DNA from: Trichormus sp. ATA11-4-KO1
Lineage (GTDB): Bacteria > Cyanobacteriota > Cyanobacteriia > Cyanobacteriales > Nostocaceae
DNA: 64,000 nucleotides
Reading direction: 5' to 3'
Assembly (NCBI GenBank): GCA_019358915.1
Contig: JAHHIM010000055.1
Location: 192,001 to 256,000, forward strand
The notes under the pieces were generated by a model. That model was not told the DNA's origin. It did not search any database and saw only the letters and a list, made by a program, of their open reading frames with translations. Both the position numbers and the translations under genes were made by a program. Positions 60,907 to 64,000 of the stretch are shown in pieces. Positions within the stretch are counted from its first letter, which is position 1. Each line of letters starts with the position of its first letter.

Positions 60907-62883
60907 ATGACAAACACCCAATCTGCGACTTCTTTATTATCTAATATCACAAAACGAGAAAGCCAAGAAATACAGCGTTTGGTAGATTACACCAACGTAG
61001 TTTCGCTACCAGAAATATGGCCATTGGCAGCAAAGCGATTTGGTGATATTGTTGCCCTTCACAATCCCCACGCGACACCAGAAGTAGTAATTACTTACGC
61101 CCAGCTAGCAGAGCAAATTAAACAATTTGCAGCTGGGTTGCAAGCATTAGGAGTAAAAGCAGGCGATCGCCTTTCTTTAATTGCTGACAACAGTCCTCGG
61201 TGGTTTATTGCCGATCAAGGCATGATGACGGCTGGAGCAGTCAATGCGGTGCGTAGTGCCCAAGCCGAAAGAGAAGAATTGCTGTTTATCATGGCTAATA
61301 GTGGCAGCACGGGGCTAGTAGTCCAAGATTTAAACACACTCAACAAACTCCAAGAGCGGCTGCATGAGCTACCAATTCAACTAATTATCTTACTTTCAGA
61401 TGAAACCCCATCACCAGAAGCCACCCCCAAGATACTGAATTTTTCTCAGTTGTTAGAAATTGGTGCTAATAACACTCTGATGCGGGTTCAGCAACAAGCC
61501 GATACCTTAGCTACTTTAATTTATACATCTGGCACTACGGGTAAACCCAAGGGTGTAATGCTTTCTCATAGCAATTTGCTGCACCAAGTCAAAACCCTGG
61601 GTACAGTAGTGCAACCACAACCAGGAGACATCATTCTCAGCATCCTGCCTTCTTGGCATAGCTACGAACGCAGTGGTGAGTATTTCTTGCTTTCTCAAGG
61701 TTGTACGCAAATTTATACTAACTTGCGTTCCGTTAAACAGGATTTAAAAGAATTTAAACCCCATTACATGATAGCTGTACCCCGCCTGTGGGAATCGATT
61801 TATGAAGGAGTACAAAAGCAGTTTCGCGAACAACCAGCGAAAAAGCAACGCCTGATTAACTTTTTACTGGGGACTAGTGAGAAATATATTAAAGCGCGAC
61901 GCATTGCCCAAGGGTTGAGTTTAGATCATCTTCATGCTTCAGGTATCGAGCGATTCACCGCGAAAATCCTAGAATCCGCCTTATTTCCTTTCCACGCACT
62001 GGGAGAACGCCTAGTTTACGCCAAGGTACGAGAAGCAACAGGAGGACGCATCAAGCAAGTTATTACCGGTGGTGGGGCGCTACCAAGGCACATAGATAAC
62101 TTTTTTGAAATTATTGGTGTAGAACTTTTACAGGGTTATGGTTTAACAGAAACTTCTCCTGTGACTAATGCGCGTCGTCCTTGGCATAATTTGCGTGGTT
62201 CATCTGGTCAGCCAATTCCCGGCACAGAAGTAAAAATTGTTGACCCTGAAACCAGAGTGCCTTTACCACCTGGAAAACGAGGCTTGGTACTATTAAAAGG
62301 TCCACAAATCATGCAAGGCTATTACCAAAATCCGGAAGCGACAGCCAAAGTAATTGATGCTGAAGGATGGTTTAATAGCGGCGATTTGGGTTGGGTAACA
62401 CCACAAAATGATTTGGTACTCACAGGTAGGGCAAAGGATACGATTGTCTTGACAAATGGAGAAAACATCGAGCCGCAGCCAATTGAAGATGCTTGTTTGC
62501 GATCGCCTTACATTGACCAGATTATGCTCGTCGGACAAGACCAGCGCAGCCTTGGTGCTTTGATTGTCCCCAATGTCGAAGCCCTAGAAAAATGGGCAGA
62601 AAGTCAAAATCTGCAACTACATCTATCAGCAGAAAGCCCCTCAGCCCCCAGCAAATCCATCGATCTGGAGAGTAAAATGATCCAGGACTTGTTTCGGCAA
62701 GAATTGAATCGGGAAGTGCAAAATCGTCCAGGTTACCGCCCGGATGACCGTATTGGGCCCTTCAGGCTAATTCTAGAGCCGTTTTCCATAGAAAATGGCT
62801 TGATGACACAAACGCTGAAAATCCGGCGGCACGTGGTCGCGGAACGCTATCGCGATATTATTGACGGAATGTTTACCCGATAA
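60907..62883 (+). CDS. aas: Acyl-ACP synthetase / long-chain fatty acid ligase
   Basis: Motifs YTSGTTGKPKG, QGYGLTETSP, SGDLG and GRAKD; ylqD lies downstream. Confidence 0.9.
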   Translation: MTNTQSATSLLSNITKRESQEIQRLVDYTNVVSLPEIWPLAAKRFGDIVALHNPHATPEVVITYAQLAEQIKQFAAGLQALGVKAGDRLSLIADNSPRWFIADQGMMTAGAVNAVRSAQAEREELLFIMANSGSTGLVVQDLNTLNKLQERLHELPIQLIILLSDETPSPEATPKILNFSQLLEIGANNTLMRVQQQADTLATLIYTSGTTGKPKGVMLSHSNLLHQVKTLGTVVQPQPGDIILSILPSWHSYERSGEYFLLSQGCTQIYTNLRSVKQDLKEFKPHYMIAVPRLWESIYEGVQKQFREQPAKKQRLINFLLGTSEKYIKARRIAQGLSLDHLHASGIERFTAKILESALFPFHALGERLVYAKVREATGGRIKQVITGGGALPRHIDNFFEIIGVELLQGYGLTETSPVTNARRPWHNLRGSSGQPIPGTEVKIVDPETRVPLPPGKRGLVLLKGPQIMQGYYQNPEATAKVIDAEGWFNSGDLGWVTPQNDLVLTGRAKDTIVLTNGENIEPQPIEDACLRSPYIDQIMLVGQDQRSLGALIVPNVEALEKWAESQNLQLHLSAESPSAPSKSIDLESKMIQDLFRQELNREVQNRPGYRPDDRIGPFRLILEPFSIENGLMTQTLKIRRHVVAERYRDIIDGMFTR

Positions 62884-62923
62884 GCATTCCACCTGCTAAC
62901 TATAGAGTGAACGTGAAACTTTT

Positions 62924-63373
62924 ATGGATGTCTCCAACCCTCAATTGCTTCTGAAGCGCGTCGTTAATGTCAAAGTCATTGTCACTCCCCTCTGGAAAGA
63001 GGAAGTGCAACAGCAACTGCAAGCGCAGATCAATCAAAGTGACCAGCAGCTGCAACAGCTCGATGTCGAAGGACAAAGAGCGATCGCGGCTATTCAAAAG
63101 CAGAGTCTACAACCGCCAGGCCCACAGACCCTGCAACAAATTGACAATATCCAACTCCAAGTTAATCAAAAGAAAAGTGAACTGCTAGAGCAAAAAAATC
63201 AATTGCTGCAAAACCTCCAGCAAGTACAGTTTCTTGAGTTGGATCAAGAAGTTAATCAATTCCAAATGGAAGGCTTTTTCCGAGTTGAAAAGGGTGATAA
63301 CTTGATTAGCAAAATGCAAGTCGAAATCGTGCTGCGTGATGGCGTTGTCGAAGACATTCGCGGCGACGTTTAA
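62924..63373 (+). CDS. YlqD family protein
   Basis: LKRVVNVKVIVT, a Gln-rich coiled coil, and EIVLRDGVVEDIR. Confidence 0.9.
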   Translation: MDVSNPQLLLKRVVNVKVIVTPLWKEEVQQQLQAQINQSDQQLQQLDVEGQRAIAAIQKQSLQPPGPQTLQQIDNIQLQVNQKKSELLEQKNQLLQNLQQVQFLELDQEVNQFQMEGFFRVEKGDNLISKMQVEIVLRDGVVEDIRGDV

Positions 63374-63901
63374 CTACTGACAGCTTTGAGTTAACTGTTT
63401 GTGGGGGCGACTCCCAGTGCGACATTGTATCTGGGAGCCAGCCCAAACAATTTGCCACACCGGAGGTGAGCTAACTAAAAGCGATCGCCCAAAGGTTGTC
63501 ATCTCCACTCGATACTTAATTACATCAACTACACCATCATCCGGTGGGATGTGCGTAATTTTTACTAAAGCTTGATTTTGTTGGGGATAAACTACCTCTA
63601 TTTTAGGCTTTTCTCCTACTGATACTTGATCAGCAAAGGCATTCAAGGCGAGGGTAGCAGGATCGCTACCTTGAAGAGCAGATTTAATACTTTCTAGTGG
63701 TATGGTTTGATATTTCTCACGCTCAGGGTAAGCTGCAATATCTTGAGCATGTTGCACAGTTGAGAATTGTTGCGGTTGCTCATTGCTATTATCTAAAACT
63801 GTTGTAGATGTTTGGTGCTGGGTGATATAAAAACCAGCACCAGCAGTGGCAAAGATGCTCAATACCAAAATTAAAAAAAATTTCCACTTGATCGAAATCA
63901 T
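63374..63901 (-). CDS. Hypothetical membrane-anchored/exported protein
   Basis: N-terminal TM segment and WQIVWAGSQ..C; abuts ylqD tail to tail. Confidence 0.75.
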   Translation of the reverse strand: MISIKWKFFLILVLSIFATAGAGFYITQHQTSTTVLDNSNEQPQQFSTVQHAQDIAAYPEREKYQTIPLESIKSALQGSDPATLALNAFADQVSVGEKPKIEVVYPQQNQALVKITHIPPDDGVVDVIKYRVEMTTFGRSLLVSSPPVWQIVWAGSQIQCRTGSRPHKQLTQSCQ

Positions 63902-64000
63902 AAAATTAAATAGGTGACAGGTTACAGGTTACAGGTTACAGATATACCTCCTGTACCCTGTCACCTATCCCTTATTCCCTAAGTTTCATGCAATAACGAC

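Overview
Chromosomal segment of a heterocyst-forming (Nostocales-like) cyanobacterium. The assignment rests on abundant HIP1 GCGATCGC octamers, heptamer STRR arrays, a split dnaE-C, and pipX. Most of the window is core genome: a Ser/Thr kinase, anmK, kdpABC, priA, a group-2 sigma factor (sigE-like), petJ, the dnaE-C split intein, gyrB, a HelY-like helicase, pipX-pipY-sepF-proC, ecfT, an ARTO-type terminal oxidase operon, murQ, tamB, ispH and aas-ylqD. Six observations stand out. (1) A 19-bp GAC-N5-GTC (PetR-like) promoter motif is shared by petJ and a nearby TonB-dependent receptor, suggesting a copper-limitation uptake module. (2) The signal peptide of that receptor is out of frame at a T9 tract, so it is either phase-variable or a sequencing error. 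(3) An accessory three-gene cassette encodes a kinase-AAA-GAF-adenylate cyclase, a 4-His carotenoid-oxygenase-family enzyme and a polyenoic fatty acid isomerase (PAI)-like flavoprotein. (4) There is a tandem pair of paralogous small membrane proteins, one missing from the ORF track. (5) The kdp operon has a selectivity-filter substitution and lacks kdpF/G and kdpD. (6) Several tiny mobile repeats are inserted in frame within genes. All family assignments come from motif recognition; no database search was run.
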